Shown: positions 1 to 9,097, counted from the stretch's first letter. The stretch is 54,599 nt of DNA from Vicinamibacteria bacterium (GCA_041476545.1 JBGOTP010000002.1:1-54599), one strand, 5' to 3'. Notes: a model not told the origin generated them from the letters alone. Made by a program: numbers and translations.

Positions 1-28
1 CAAGGTCCCGGATAACAACGTGGATCAT
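1..28 (-). CDS. 5' end (9 codons, MIHVVIRDL) of a small ORF coupled to the antitoxin-like gene; candidate RelE/ParE-type toxin running off the window
   Basis: ATG at 28-26 overlaps the TGA stop (27-25) of the upstream ORF (ATGA overlap), the usual antitoxin-toxin arrangement. Too short to identify. Confidence 0.3.
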
Positions 29-267
29 TCCTTGCCCGAGGTTCCCTTCAGAAGTTCTGCCCGAACGTGTTCCCAGGGACGACTCGCATTCGGATTAGCT
101 TGGAGGTCGGCCAGTCGTTCGTCCAAGATCTCTCGGTGCCAGTCGGGAACCGGCAGACGGTCCTCTTTGGCGGCGATCCTGTCCCACAGCGCCTGGACGT
201 ATTCAATTTGCTCATCGATGTCGAGTTCGTCGAAGCCTTGGGGCGGAAGTGGTAAAGCGTTTCCCAT
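25..267 (-). CDS. putative addiction-module antitoxin component (TIGR02574-like)
   Basis: 80-aa acidic ORF. LPLPPQGFDELDIDEQIEYVQALWDRIA...VPDWHREILDERLADL resembles the putative addiction module component family. It is followed by an ATGA-coupled ORF. Confidence 0.7.
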   Translation of the reverse strand: MGNALPLPPQGFDELDIDEQIEYVQALWDRIAAKEDRLPVPDWHREILDERLADLQANPNASRPWEHVRAELLKGTSGKE

Positions 268-323
268 AGTTCATCCAATCTAGCATGGCACGTCGAATTT
301 CGTTCGTCGGGCTACGTGTCGCT

Positions 324-743
324 TCAGCCGGGCCGCTCAACCTGCCCGGCGTTGACTATCCACGGCGTGCCGAACTGGTCGATGAGCATCCCGAATCCCT
401 TCGCCCAGAACGTCGCCTGAAACGGCATTTGCACCGTGCCATTCTGCGCCAGCGCACTGAAGACGCGTTCTCCCTCGGCGACGTCATCGAATTCGGTGGC
501 CACACAAAATCCAGCGGGCTTCGTGAATTGTCCCGGAGGCGCGTCGGCTCCTTGCAACACTTGATCACCGATTTGCAGTGTCACGTGCATGATGCGGCCA
601 TGTGCCTCAGGTGGCATGCTTGATGCCATCGGCGACTCACCAATCGTCTGTATGAAGGAGATTTGGCCACCAAACGCCTTCTGGTAGAACTCGAACGCCT
701 CGCGGCAGCGGCCATCGAACGCAAGGTACGGATTGAGCTTCAT
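324..743 (-). CDS. VOC (glyoxalase-fold) family protein, PhnB/YjdN-like
   Basis: 139-aa ORF starting MKLNPYLAFDGRCREAFEFYQKAFGG and ending FWAKGFGMLIDQFGTPWIVN, typical of the PhnB-like 3-demethylubiquinone methyltransferase-domain VOC proteins. Confidence 0.8.
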   Translation of the reverse strand: MKLNPYLAFDGRCREAFEFYQKAFGGQISFIQTIGESPMASSMPPEAHGRIMHVTLQIGDQVLQGADAPPGQFTKPAGFCVATEFDDVAEGERVFSALAQNGTVQMPFQATFWAKGFGMLIDQFGTPWIVNAGQVERPG

Positions 744-854
744 TTAGTCTGCTCCCAGACTCGTGCATGCGATCCGGCGAACGGCCAGGGCTCACCAGCG
801 GCCGCTCACGATCGCGCGAAGCGGCCGGCGCAGCCGGTCCGCTTCATTCGCTGG

Positions 855-1859
855 TTATCCGGCTCTCCGCGTTTGATGCCAAGCCGATTCAACTTCCTTC
901 ATATATTCGTAGTTGACCTGCGCCCCGAAGATGTCTCGGAAGGCCTTTTCGAATTCTTCGCGGTCACCGTCAAGACTGTAATAGCGGAGGGTCGGCGAAT
1001 TGGTCACGTCTGGACGCTTTCGAACGGCCTCACGGAAAAGAAAACGCCCGTACGCATCCTCCTGAGGGAACCGGTATCCGACGACTTCAATCTCAGTGGC
1101 TTTCGAGAATACCTCGACGACTTGGCACCACTGATCGGAAATGGTTTCGTGAAGATGCGGCTGGCCGACCTGAATCTCCTCGAGAAGCTCGCTTTTGATC
1201 GGCACCGCACCGAGCACCAGGGGTTGGACAAACCAGCCAGGACCACCTTGAACTTCAGCCGACCTCATCGATTCGAGTCGTGGGCCTGAGCCATCTCGAA
1301 ACGATGGGGCCTTCCCGGATTCGTGTACCCATGAAAAGGAGCCGTGCGGCTTGATCAGTCGGATCGAGCTGTTCCCGCTGGGGTGCGGCGCCTGCACGAT
1401 ATTCTTGCCGAGCAAGCGTTGCAGAATGGTTTCGGCGAGAGTATCCCAGTTAAATGAAATGAGAGCGTCCCCGGATGTTAGCCCGCGAAGGACGCGCTTG
1501 AGCGTAAACTCGGTCGTCGTCGTGCAGACTCGAGCGATATCGTCGGCAAATGAGTACGCGTCCACAACGGCTTGGTGAAGTTGGATGGAAGCGGCAGCAC
1601 CATAGTCGCACCCGAGTATCCGTTTGAATTTGGAGTAGTAGTCGATACGTGTCCAGAGATGGTCCAAGCTGAGCTGTTCTGACCTGTCTGCGCAGTCCGC
1701 GACGGCTCGAGCTAGTTCCGGATATTCGGAGCTCCAGGTCGGGCGAGCAGCTGTGAGTCGCTGAATGAACCCTGCGACTCCGCCATCTGTTCGCAGCGTC
1801 CCGCTCGTCGCGCCAGTTCCGAGTACAACGACCTTCAAGATCCTCCCTGTACTCCCCAA
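855..1859 (-). CDS. SIR2-like (SIR2_2 family) domain protein, stand-alone
   Basis: 334-codon ORF with a TTG start at 1859 (alternative TTG at 1838, preceded by GGGAGG). SIR2_2-type motifs are visible: VVVLGTGATSG, ISFNWDTLAE (N-x-D), IRLIKPHGSFSW (K-x-HGS) and IEVVGYRFPQED. Three 60-nt lines inside it count 48, 57 and 60% G+C versus about 65-70% elsewhere. Confidence 0.65.
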   Translation of the reverse strand: MGSTGRILKVVVLGTGATSGTLRTDGGVAGFIQRLTAARPTWSSEYPELARAVADCADRSEQLSLDHLWTRIDYYSKFKRILGCDYGAAASIQLHQAVVDAYSFADDIARVCTTTTEFTLKRVLRGLTSGDALISFNWDTLAETILQRLLGKNIVQAPHPSGNSSIRLIKPHGSFSWVHESGKAPSFRDGSGPRLESMRSAEVQGGPGWFVQPLVLGAVPIKSELLEEIQVGQPHLHETISDQWCQVVEVFSKATEIEVVGYRFPQEDAYGRFLFREAVRKRPDVTNSPTLRYYSLDGDREEFEKAFRDIFGAQVNYEYMKEVESAWHQTRRAG

Positions 1860-2143
1860 AGTCAGTCCGGATAACCAGTAGTCGACGAAACTCTCTAGAC
1901 CAATATTTCGGCGGCGCCTGCAGTGTAGCGAGGTGAACGGTTGGATTCAACTTGCTCGGAACCGTTGGCGTCGTCGGGACTTGCCGTCGCGTGAGAGACA
2001 GCAAGGAAGCGGAACAGGCAGATCGTGATGGCGCGGAAAGTCCTGCGGGGCTCGCAGCGTATTCGGCGTGGACGGCCAGCGTCTTCCCTGACGACTCGTG
2101 CCAGGCGCGAATCGATCGAATCGGACTCTGTTGTTGCCGATGT

Positions 2144-3589
2144 CTACCGGCTGGCGCCGGCAGCCACGGGCTGAACGGATCTGGCGATGTCGTCGATGTC
2201 GAGCAAGGGCCTGAGCGGCACCTCGCGCGGGACTTCGGTCGGATACGTCTCCGCAAGGGGCGCTCGATTGAACACGCCGCCCTTCAGACAATAGTTCGTC
2301 CAGACGCGATTCCAGAGAAACGCGTGCCACGCCGCTTCCGGCGACACGGTCTCGTACGTCCGCCAGTACCGCGCGGCGATGTGGTCGGGGCGGAAATACT
2401 GCAACACCTGGACGTACCGGCGCATGAGTCCGGCACCCGTGACGTTCGGCATGCTCGTCACCGGAAACGCGAGCGTGTACTTCTCCCAGTCCTCGGGATA
2501 GTTCTTGAAGAGGATGCGTCCCTCCGCGTCGTAACGCGCGTAGTCGCGCGTGCCCGGCAGCGGCGTGAGAATGGTCGGGTTCAGTCCGTCGAGGTCCGAT
2601 TCCTCCGCGAACCGCAGAATGTCGGACGCGATCGTGTTCATGTCCTGGGTGTCGATGCCCAGGATGAACGAGCCGACGACGCCGATGCCGTGGCTGCGGA
2701 TGCGCGCCACGTTCTCGCGGTAGTAGGCCAGGCCGCGGCGCTGTGACTGCCCGTCTTTGCGAATGAGCGCCAGTGATTTCGTGTCGGTGCTCTCGAGGCC
2801 GATGAAGACGCCGGCGCACCCCGATGCCCTGGCCAGCTCTGGCAACTCGTCGTCGTCTCCAAAATTGATCGTGACCTGCGTAATCCAGCTCTTGTCGAGC
2901 CGGGCGTCAGCCATGGCACGGAACAAATCGAGGCAGCGCTGTTTGGCCTTGCGGGAAAAGCCGTTCAGATCGTCGTCGACGAAGATGATGTCGCGTTCGG
3001 GAATGGCCGCCACCTCGGCGACGACATCCTCGACCTCGCGCATGCGGAAGACCCGGCCGTTGAACGCGGTGACCGAACAGAACGAGCAGTCCATCGGACA
3101 CCCGCGCGAGGTCTGGGCCGACACGTATTCGTACCGGTACTTCGCGAAGATGCGCCGGTCGGGCACGTGCAGCGAGCCGCCGGTCGTTCCGCCGTCGTAC
3201 CGCTTCGCCAGTTGTCCCTGCTCGACATCGGCCACCACCTGCGGCCACACCAACTCGCACTCTCCGAAGAAGAGGGAATCGACGTACCGCGCGGCCTCGT
3301 CCGACACGAGCGAGGCGTGGATGCCGCCCATGACGACGGGAATGCCCCGGGTGCGGAACTGCCTTGCGATTTCGTACGCCCGCGTCGCCTGCGTGGTAAA
3401 CGCCGTGAGGCCCACCAGGTCGGCCTGCACATTCGTGTAGTCGAGCGCGCCCTCGCACTGTTCGTCGATGAGTTCGACCTCCCAATGGGGAGGCGTGGCG
3501 GCGGCGACGTAGCCGAGCGCCAGCGGCTGCCACAGGTAGTCGCCGTACAGAGAGACGCGGTTACGCGGGTTGATGAGAATGAGTTTCAT
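2144..3589 (-). CDS. B12-binding domain radical SAM protein (class B)
   Basis: The start at MKLILINPR (ATG 3589) was chosen inside the longer 2144..3898 ORF. The N-terminal Rossmann-like B12-binding region (LVGLTAFTTQATRAYEIARQFRTRGIPVVMGGIHAS) is followed by the CxxxCxxC cluster motif SRGCPMDCSFCS. It overlaps the upstream gene by 29 nt. Confidence 0.85.
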   Translation of the reverse strand: MKLILINPRNRVSLYGDYLWQPLALGYVAAATPPHWEVELIDEQCEGALDYTNVQADLVGLTAFTTQATRAYEIARQFRTRGIPVVMGGIHASLVSDEAARYVDSLFFGECELVWPQVVADVEQGQLAKRYDGGTTGGSLHVPDRRIFAKYRYEYVSAQTSRGCPMDCSFCSVTAFNGRVFRMREVEDVVAEVAAIPERDIIFVDDDLNGFSRKAKQRCLDLFRAMADARLDKSWITQVTINFGDDDELPELARASGCAGVFIGLESTDTKSLALIRKDGQSQRRGLAYYRENVARIRSHGIGVVGSFILGIDTQDMNTIASDILRFAEESDLDGLNPTILTPLPGTRDYARYDAEGRILFKNYPEDWEKYTLAFPVTSMPNVTGAGLMRRYVQVLQYFRPDHIAARYWRTYETVSPEAAWHAFLWNRVWTNYCLKGGVFNRAPLAETYPTEVPREVPLRPLLDIDDIARSVQPVAAGASR

Positions 3590-4784
3590 GAATGATGGCC
3601 ATCGCGTGTCCGACCTGTTTGAAGATCGCCAGCGCGCGGTCGATGTCTTCCGATGTGTGGGCGGCCGAATAGCTCGTGCGCAAGAGACAGGCGTCGGGCC
3701 GGCAGGCAGGCGGAAGCACGATGTTGGCGTAGAGGCCGGCCTCGAGGAGCGCCCGCCACATCGCGACCGCCCGCTCGGCGGCGCCGACCTCGATCGACAC
3801 GATGGGCGATTCGGTCTGTCCGATCGTGAACCCGAGGTACGAGAGTCCTGCCCGCACGCGCCGTACATTGTCCCAGAGGCGTGCTGTGAGAACAGCATTG
3901 CCCGCGACGTCGTGCAGGAGAATCTTCAGCGCCGCTTCTGCGCCGGCAATCGTGGCGGGGGAACCCGACGCGGTGAATACGTACGGACGTGCGGCAAAGT
4001 GGAGCAGTGTCAGCGCTCGATGGTCCGTGACGCAATACCCGCCGATGCCCGCGAGCGCCTTCGAGAACGTGCCGACGACAAAATCCACCTGATCGAGCAC
4101 GCCCTGGGCATCCGCGCACCCGAGTCCCCGGGGCCCGTACGCGCCGAATGAGTGCGCCTCGTCAACCAGGAGATACGCGCCGGCCTCGCGACAGACCGCA
4201 ACGATGTCCGCCAGCGGGGCCACGTCTCCGCTGATGGAGTACAGGCCTTCGACGATGACGAGGCAGCGCCTGGGGTTGGACACGCGCGCGAGCTTGCGGG
4301 CGAGATCGCCGGCCGAGTTATGGCGGAAGGCAAAGAGCTGCGCGCCGCTCAGCCGCGCGCCGTCGTAAATGCTGGCGTGGCTCTCGAGATCGAGCAGCAC
4401 CGTGTCGTCCACGCCGCAGAGGCCCGAGATGACGGCGAGGTTCGCCTGGTAACCGGTCGTGAAGACCATCCCGTGCCGCTTGCGATGCGCGTCGGCGAAC
4501 GCCTGCTCGAGCCGCCGATGCGCGGCGTAGGAGCCATTCGCGGCCCGCGATCCGGTGGTACCGGTGCCTTCGCGCGCGATGGCCTCGCGCGCGGCTGTGA
4601 TGACGTCCGGGTGGAAGCTCAGGCCGAGGTAGTTGTTCGATCCGCACATCAGCGTGCGGCGCCCGGCGATCATCACCTCCGTCGGACTGCACACCTCGTC
4701 AATGACCGTATCGAAGGGGACCGGGCCGTCGCCGAGTGCGCCAAGGCGATCGGCGAACGGCTGCAGCTTAGCGAGCAGATCCAT
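3561..4784 (-). CDS. PLP-dependent alpha-oxoamine synthase family enzyme (serine palmitoyltransferase / 8-amino-7-oxononanoate synthase-like)
   Basis: 407 aa. Has NNYLGLS, TGYQANL, VDEAHSFG and the PLP-lysine motif GTFSKALAGIGG. It overlaps the FAAL gene by 17 nt. Confidence 0.9.
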   Translation of the reverse strand: MDLLAKLQPFADRLGALGDGPVPFDTVIDEVCSPTEVMIAGRRTLMCGSNNYLGLSFHPDVITAAREAIAREGTGTTGSRAANGSYAAHRRLEQAFADAHRKRHGMVFTTGYQANLAVISGLCGVDDTVLLDLESHASIYDGARLSGAQLFAFRHNSAGDLARKLARVSNPRRCLVIVEGLYSISGDVAPLADIVAVCREAGAYLLVDEAHSFGAYGPRGLGCADAQGVLDQVDFVVGTFSKALAGIGGYCVTDHRALTLLHFAARPYVFTASGSPATIAGAEAALKILLHDVAGNAVLTARLWDNVRRVRAGLSYLGFTIGQTESPIVSIEVGAAERAVAMWRALLEAGLYANIVLPPACRPDACLLRTSYSAAHTSEDIDRALAIFKQVGHAMAIIHETHSHQPA

Positions 4785-6537
4785 CGGCGACTGATCCTCT
4801 GCCCGCGGTCAACAGCGTGCCCGCCTGGAAGCGGGCGCGCGTTTCCGATCGTCGAACCTTTCCGGACGTCGTCCGCGGAATCGTACCGGGTGGTGTCAGA
4901 ATCACCTGATCGAGTTCGAGCCCCGCCGTTTCACGCACCCGGCGTCTGACATCTTCCACGATGTCGCTCGACGTACTGCTCGCGCGTGCCTCGAGTACCG
5001 CGACGACTTCATCGGCGTCCTCGACATGGTTGATGCCGAACACGACGACGCCCGACGACCGGATGCCGTCGACGCTCGCGATGGCCGACTCGAGATCCGG
5101 CGGGTGGTACTTCCGTCCGTGCCGGATGATGAGATCTTTCGTCCGGCCGCAGACGAAGAGCTCACCGTCGGCCATGTAGCCCAGATCGCCGGTCTGCAGC
5201 CATCCGTCGTGCAACGCCTCGGCGGTGGCCACCGGATCCTCGAAATAGCCGCTCATCACCGACGGTCCGCGCGCGACGATGTGACCGACGTACCGTTCGG
5301 GCAGCGCCTGCCCGTCGTCGTCCACGATCCGCACCTCATGGCCCGGAAAGGGGCGCCCGCAGGCGACGAGGCGCACGGGGGCGGTCGGAGCCGTGTGGCC
5401 ATTGAGGGGGAGTAGGTTCACGGGGTTCGCGGGTTTCACCAGGTTCATGGGTGCGATGGGTATCGCCCGTGAGTCGCGCACCAGATGTCCGGCATCGACC
5501 GAGTCGACGGAGATGCCGTCCCGCGCGAATGCCACCGCCAGGGAGTGCTCGGCCAGCCCGTAGCTCGGGACGAAGCTCGAAGCCCGAAACCCGGCGCATG
5601 CGAAGCGCTCGGCGAACGCGGCAAGCGTGTCGCATCGGATCGGTTCAGCGCCGCAACCCGCCACGCGCCACCTCGACAGGTCGAGGGCCGCGATCTGCGA
5701 GGGCTTCACCCGTCGCAGGCAGAGTTCGTAGGCGAAATTTGGGGCGAACGAGATCGTGCCTCCATAGCGGGAGATGGATTCGAGCCAGACCGTTGGCCGC
5801 TTGAGAAACAACACAGGCGACATGATCACGAGCGACAACCGTGCGTAGACACCGGCGAGCAACGCCCCGATGAGGCCCATGTCGTGGTACAACGGCAGCC
5901 AGCTCACCCCGACGTCGGCCGGACCCGCAGCCAACCCGGCGGGGCCCGTGATGGCCGAGAGATTCGCGTGCAGGCCAGCATGCGAGAGCACGACGCCCTT
6001 GGGCACCGCCGTCGAACCGGATGTGAATTGAATAAGCGCTGCCGCGCTGCTCGGCACCGCGACCGGCGCGGCCATTGCCGGTCCATTCGCCAGTTCCTCG
6101 ATGGTCAGGACATGACAAGTGGCCACGGGCCGCGATGGACCCTCCTTATTGCTGAGCAGCGGCACGATATCGGCGCTCACCACGACGGCGGCGACGCGGC
6201 TGGCTGCGAGCAGTTCACGCGACTGCCGGGTAAACGTCGCGATATCGCCCGCCTGGGCCGGTGGGCACAGGGGAACGGGCACCAGCCCGGCGGCCGAGAC
6301 TCCGAAGAACGCGCGGATGAAGCCGCCCACCTCGGGGACCACGATGGCCACGCGATCCCCGGTTGCCAGGCCCTCGGCCCGAAGCGCCCCGGCGATGCGC
6401 AGCGACTCCTCGAGCAGCCACTCGTACGGCATGTCGACGACCCGCCCGTCGTGCTCGATCGCGCGGATGCCGCGGGACGTTGCGGCAGCCATCGCGAGGG
6501 TGCCCGCGATGGAGTGGCCCGTGACGTTCGGAATCAC
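4768..6537 (-). CDS. fatty acyl-AMP ligase / acyl-ACP synthetase-like adenylating enzyme
   Basis: 589 aa with adenylation cores FTSGSTAVPKGVVLSH, TGDLGY, GRTKDLII and PRTTSGKVRR. The GTG start overlaps the ACP stop (GTGA at 6534-6537). Confidence 0.88.
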   Translation of the reverse strand: MIPNVTGHSIAGTLAMAAATSRGIRAIEHDGRVVDMPYEWLLEESLRIAGALRAEGLATGDRVAIVVPEVGGFIRAFFGVSAAGLVPVPLCPPAQAGDIATFTRQSRELLAASRVAAVVVSADIVPLLSNKEGPSRPVATCHVLTIEELANGPAMAAPVAVPSSAAALIQFTSGSTAVPKGVVLSHAGLHANLSAITGPAGLAAGPADVGVSWLPLYHDMGLIGALLAGVYARLSLVIMSPVLFLKRPTVWLESISRYGGTISFAPNFAYELCLRRVKPSQIAALDLSRWRVAGCGAEPIRCDTLAAFAERFACAGFRASSFVPSYGLAEHSLAVAFARDGISVDSVDAGHLVRDSRAIPIAPMNLVKPANPVNLLPLNGHTAPTAPVRLVACGRPFPGHEVRIVDDDGQALPERYVGHIVARGPSVMSGYFEDPVATAEALHDGWLQTGDLGYMADGELFVCGRTKDLIIRHGRKYHPPDLESAIASVDGIRSSGVVVFGINHVEDADEVVAVLEARASSTSSDIVEDVRRRVRETAGLELDQVILTPPGTIPRTTSGKVRRSETRARFQAGTLLTAGRGSVADGSAR

Positions 6538-6827
6538 GACTTCGGCTCCTGGTCGCCAGCGAGACGCCGCACTTCAGCGACAATCTGATCGACGGTTCGA
6601 ATGTGAGTCAAGGCGTTTAAGGGCACGGCGATATTGAAATGATCCTCGAGTTCACCCACGAGCTCGAGTACTTGGAGCGAATCGAATCCCAAGTCGGCCA
6701 GTAATTCGCTCCCGGGTCCGGGATCGATGGGGCGCCGGCTCAACCGTTTGAGAATGTCGAGCGTGTCGCGTTCGAACCGATCCGGGGAAGATGCGGCTTC
6801 TGCACCCGGGGCGGACGTGCCGCGCAC
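6534..6827 (-). CDS. acyl carrier protein
   Basis: 97 aa with the phosphopantetheine attachment motif LGFDSLQVLEL. GTG start. First gene of the coupled operon. Confidence 0.85.
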   Translation of the reverse strand: MRGTSAPGAEAASSPDRFERDTLDILKRLSRRPIDPGPGSELLADLGFDSLQVLELVGELEDHFNIAVPLNALTHIRTVDQIVAEVRRLAGDQEPKS

Positions 6828-6976
6828 GGGGTCGGATGTATGGGCCAGGCCGGCAAATGTAACACGAATGTAATGTGCGCGTCATCAATTAGGGCCACAC
6901 ACCGTGAACCCTGCTCGAAATCTCCTTAGGATTTCGTTGCGAAATCTTCTAGGCACTTCGTTATAGGATACTTGGC

Positions 6977-7732
6977 ATGCCACGTTCGCTGCCCGTGACC
7001 CAGACCATCATCCTTGCCGCCGGCTACGGCTCCCGCCTGGGAAGCGCCGAAAGCGGGGTGCCGAAGCCACTGATGACGGTCGGCGGCCTGCCGCTGATAG
7101 CCCATGCGTTGGAGCACGCTCGCGCCAGCGGGTGTGCACAGGCGGTTATCGTCGTCGGCCATGAAGGGGATCGGGTGCAAGCGGCCGTGGAACAGATGGC
7201 TCCTGGCCTCGACCTCCGCTTTGTCGAGAATCCGGACTTCACGACGCCGAACGGCCTGTCGCTGCTCGCGGCCGAACGGATGGCCGCCGGGCGTTTCTAC
7301 CTTCAGATGGTCGACCACGTGTTCGCCGGTGTGGCGCTCCCCAAGCTGGCCGCGATCCCGTTCGTCAACGGGGAAGACGGACGGGTGCTGGTCGACAACG
7401 CTCCCGGCGACGACATCGATCTCGCGGACGCCACCAAAGTGCAGTTGGCCGGCACCCGGGTTCTGTCGATAGGCAAGGGCATCGGGCTGTGGGATGCCAT
7501 CGACACCGGCTGTTTTGTCCTGACGCCCGCGATTTTCGATGCGCTCCGGCGCGTGCCGGCGGGCGAAGGGCTGACGGTTTCTTCAGGCATGCGGCAGCTG
7601 GCGGCGTCCGGATCCCTCGGTGCCGTGGATGTCGACGGAGTCGAGTGGATTGACGTGGATACGCCGGCGGACCTGGAAACCGCCGAGCGCTTGCTGCTCA
7701 CCGCCGCGGCGCCGATGACACGGACGGCGTAG
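6977..7732 (+). CDS. NTP-transferase; IPCT-like (CTP:inositol-1-phosphate / alcohol-phosphate cytidylyltransferase-like)
   Basis: 251 aa. Has IILAAGYGSRLG...VPKPLMTVGG and NGLSLLAAERMAAGRFYLQMVDHVF. From memory, the latter resembles the NG(Y)SLL...(R)F(I)L.MGDH(V)Y block of archaeal IPCT domains. Confidence 0.8.
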   Translation: MPRSLPVTQTIILAAGYGSRLGSAESGVPKPLMTVGGLPLIAHALEHARASGCAQAVIVVGHEGDRVQAAVEQMAPGLDLRFVENPDFTTPNGLSLLAAERMAAGRFYLQMVDHVFAGVALPKLAAIPFVNGEDGRVLVDNAPGDDIDLADATKVQLAGTRVLSIGKGIGLWDAIDTGCFVLTPAIFDALRRVPAGEGLTVSSGMRQLAASGSLGAVDVDGVEWIDVDTPADLETAERLLLTAAAPMTRTA

Positions 7733-7744
7733 ACGCCGACCCGA

Positions 7745-8980
7745 TCATCCGCGTTCGAGAACTGCTGCGGACTCCAGTTCCTCGCGATATGCCCACAGCG
7801 TGACATTCGCAAACACCACACCGAAGGCGACAAGCCCCGGAAACACCTCGCGGTGGCCGGCGAGCGACACAAATAGAAATACGAGCGCGAACAGATCCCG
7901 CCGGAACAGCTTGAAGCCGCCGGCCGCCATGCGCAGCGCGACCGTGTCGGATTCCCTGGCGGCGCGGCGCACCGTCCGATCGATGAACACAAACGAGGCG
8001 TCCGGCGCGTGGCGTGCCACGAAGAAGGCGCCCCGCACCAGGCTCAGCACCAGTGCGACCGTGACCGTCGTCATCCAGAACAGGGCCTGCGCACCACCCC
8101 CCTCGCGCGCCCACCCGATCGTGACGCCAATGAGACACGCGACGTAGGTGAGCTGATCGACGACGGCGTCGAGACGGGCCCCGGCCTCCGATTCGGTGAG
8201 CGTCGCGCGCGCGATTTCGCCGTCGACGCCATCGAGCACGGACGCGAGCTGAAACAGCAGTCCCATGGCGACGAGCGCGGCATAGCCCGGCCGCATCGCC
8301 ATGACCGCCGCCGCCAGGCCCACGAGCAGGGTGATGACCGACGCGTGCGACGCATTCACGCCGAGGGCGAGCAACACGAAACTAAAGACGCGGCTGATCG
8401 GCCGGTTGAGATGGCGCGCGATCCAGCCGTCGGTTGGCTTGGCCGAGCGCTTGAGCACGTCCCATGTCGCCTGCCGGCGCGCCGTTGCTGTCGACACATC
8501 AAACAGGGCGCCCGGCGTCACCGTCTGTGTCGGCAGGTCGGTACAGTCGTAGTGCAGGCCTTCCGCCTTCGCGTGAAGCTTCCGCCTCCGCAGCGCTTCG
8601 GCGGATTCGTCGTAGCCCTTGTGGCGAAGGCGAATCGGCGGACCGCCGTAGCCTTGGTGTAGGCTGTCAGGCCTGCCTGACACGGCAGGGCTAAAGCCCT
8701 GCGCTACGACTGAGGCGACGTCGCCGACGGGCCCTGCGAGAACGGCTCGCCGAAGCCCTGGCGGAGCGACGGCGGGCTCCAGCCATGCCGGCGACGAAGG
8801 CATCTGCGAGTCGAAGAGTGCCGTATCGATGAGCACGAGCGGCGGCACGACGATCGCGGTGCCGTCGGTGAGACCGGCCAGGGCCGACAGATCGACGACG
8901 GTCGCGCCCACGCGGGCGGCCACGCGGGCGTTGCGCACCCGTACGGACCCACCGAGGACGTGGGGGTCCGCGCCGGGCAT
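7745..8980 (-). CDS. CDP-alcohol phosphatidyltransferase family membrane protein (start uncertain)
   Basis: Exact family signature DGVDGEIARATLTESEAGARLDAVVD (DGxxAR x8 G x3 D x3 D) and multiple TM segments. The ATG at 8980 is the first ATG clear of the divergent rSAM gene. Alternative GTG starts at 8521, 8497 and 8458 lie downstream of an embedded repeat element. Confidence 0.8.
   Translation of the reverse strand: MPGADPHVLGGSVRVRNARVAARVGATVVDLSALAGLTDGTAIVVPPLVLIDTALFDSQMPSSPAWLEPAVAPPGLRRAVLAGPVGDVASVVAQGFSPAVSGRPDSLHQGYGGPPIRLRHKGYDESAEALRRRKLHAKAEGLHYDCTDLPTQTVTPGALFDVSTATARRQATWDVLKRSAKPTDGWIARHLNRPISRVFSFVLLALGVNASHASVITLLVGLAAAVMAMRPGYAALVAMGLLFQLASVLDGVDGEIARATLTESEAGARLDAVVDQLTYVACLIGVTIGWAREGGGAQALFWMTTVTVALVLSLVRGAFFVARHAPDASFVFIDRTVRRAARESDTVALRMAAGGFKLFRRDLFALVFLFVSLAGHREVFPGLVAFGVVFANVTLWAYREELESAAVLERG
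8556..8712. repeat. composite of REP-like hairpins embedded in-frame in the 7745..8980 ORF
   Basis: CCGCCTTCGC (8564-8573) pairs with GCGAAGGCGA (8623-8632, 9 of 10). Hairpin GTCAGGC-CT-GCCTGAC lies at 8666-8681 and hairpin GCAGGGC-TAAA-GCCCTGC at 8685-8702. The latter is the same stem as the intergenic hairpin at 29039-29056. Confidence 0.6.
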
Positions 8981-9097
8981 CAGCACCACGAAGGTGGACG
9001 TCGAGGATGGGGTGGTCACGGAAGCTGAAGTATCATACCAAGTAACCCCGTGTTTCTCCCGTCCCATCCGCTGACGAGCGTTCGACGAGGCGTGCTC

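Noticed and set aside
1450-2819. ORFs 1450..2256 (-), 1947..2819 (-) and 1952..2746 (+) spanning the SIR2/rSAM junction
   Set aside because: They are extremely Arg/Pro/His-rich with no recognisable motifs, and they overlap supported genes. I judge them to be GC-driven open frames.
3590-3898. 5' extension of the B12-rSAM ORF (2144..3898)
   Set aside because: It overlaps the conserved C-terminus of the oxoamine synthase in another frame and is Arg/Ser/Pro-rich. The family-typical start MKLILINP is at 3589.
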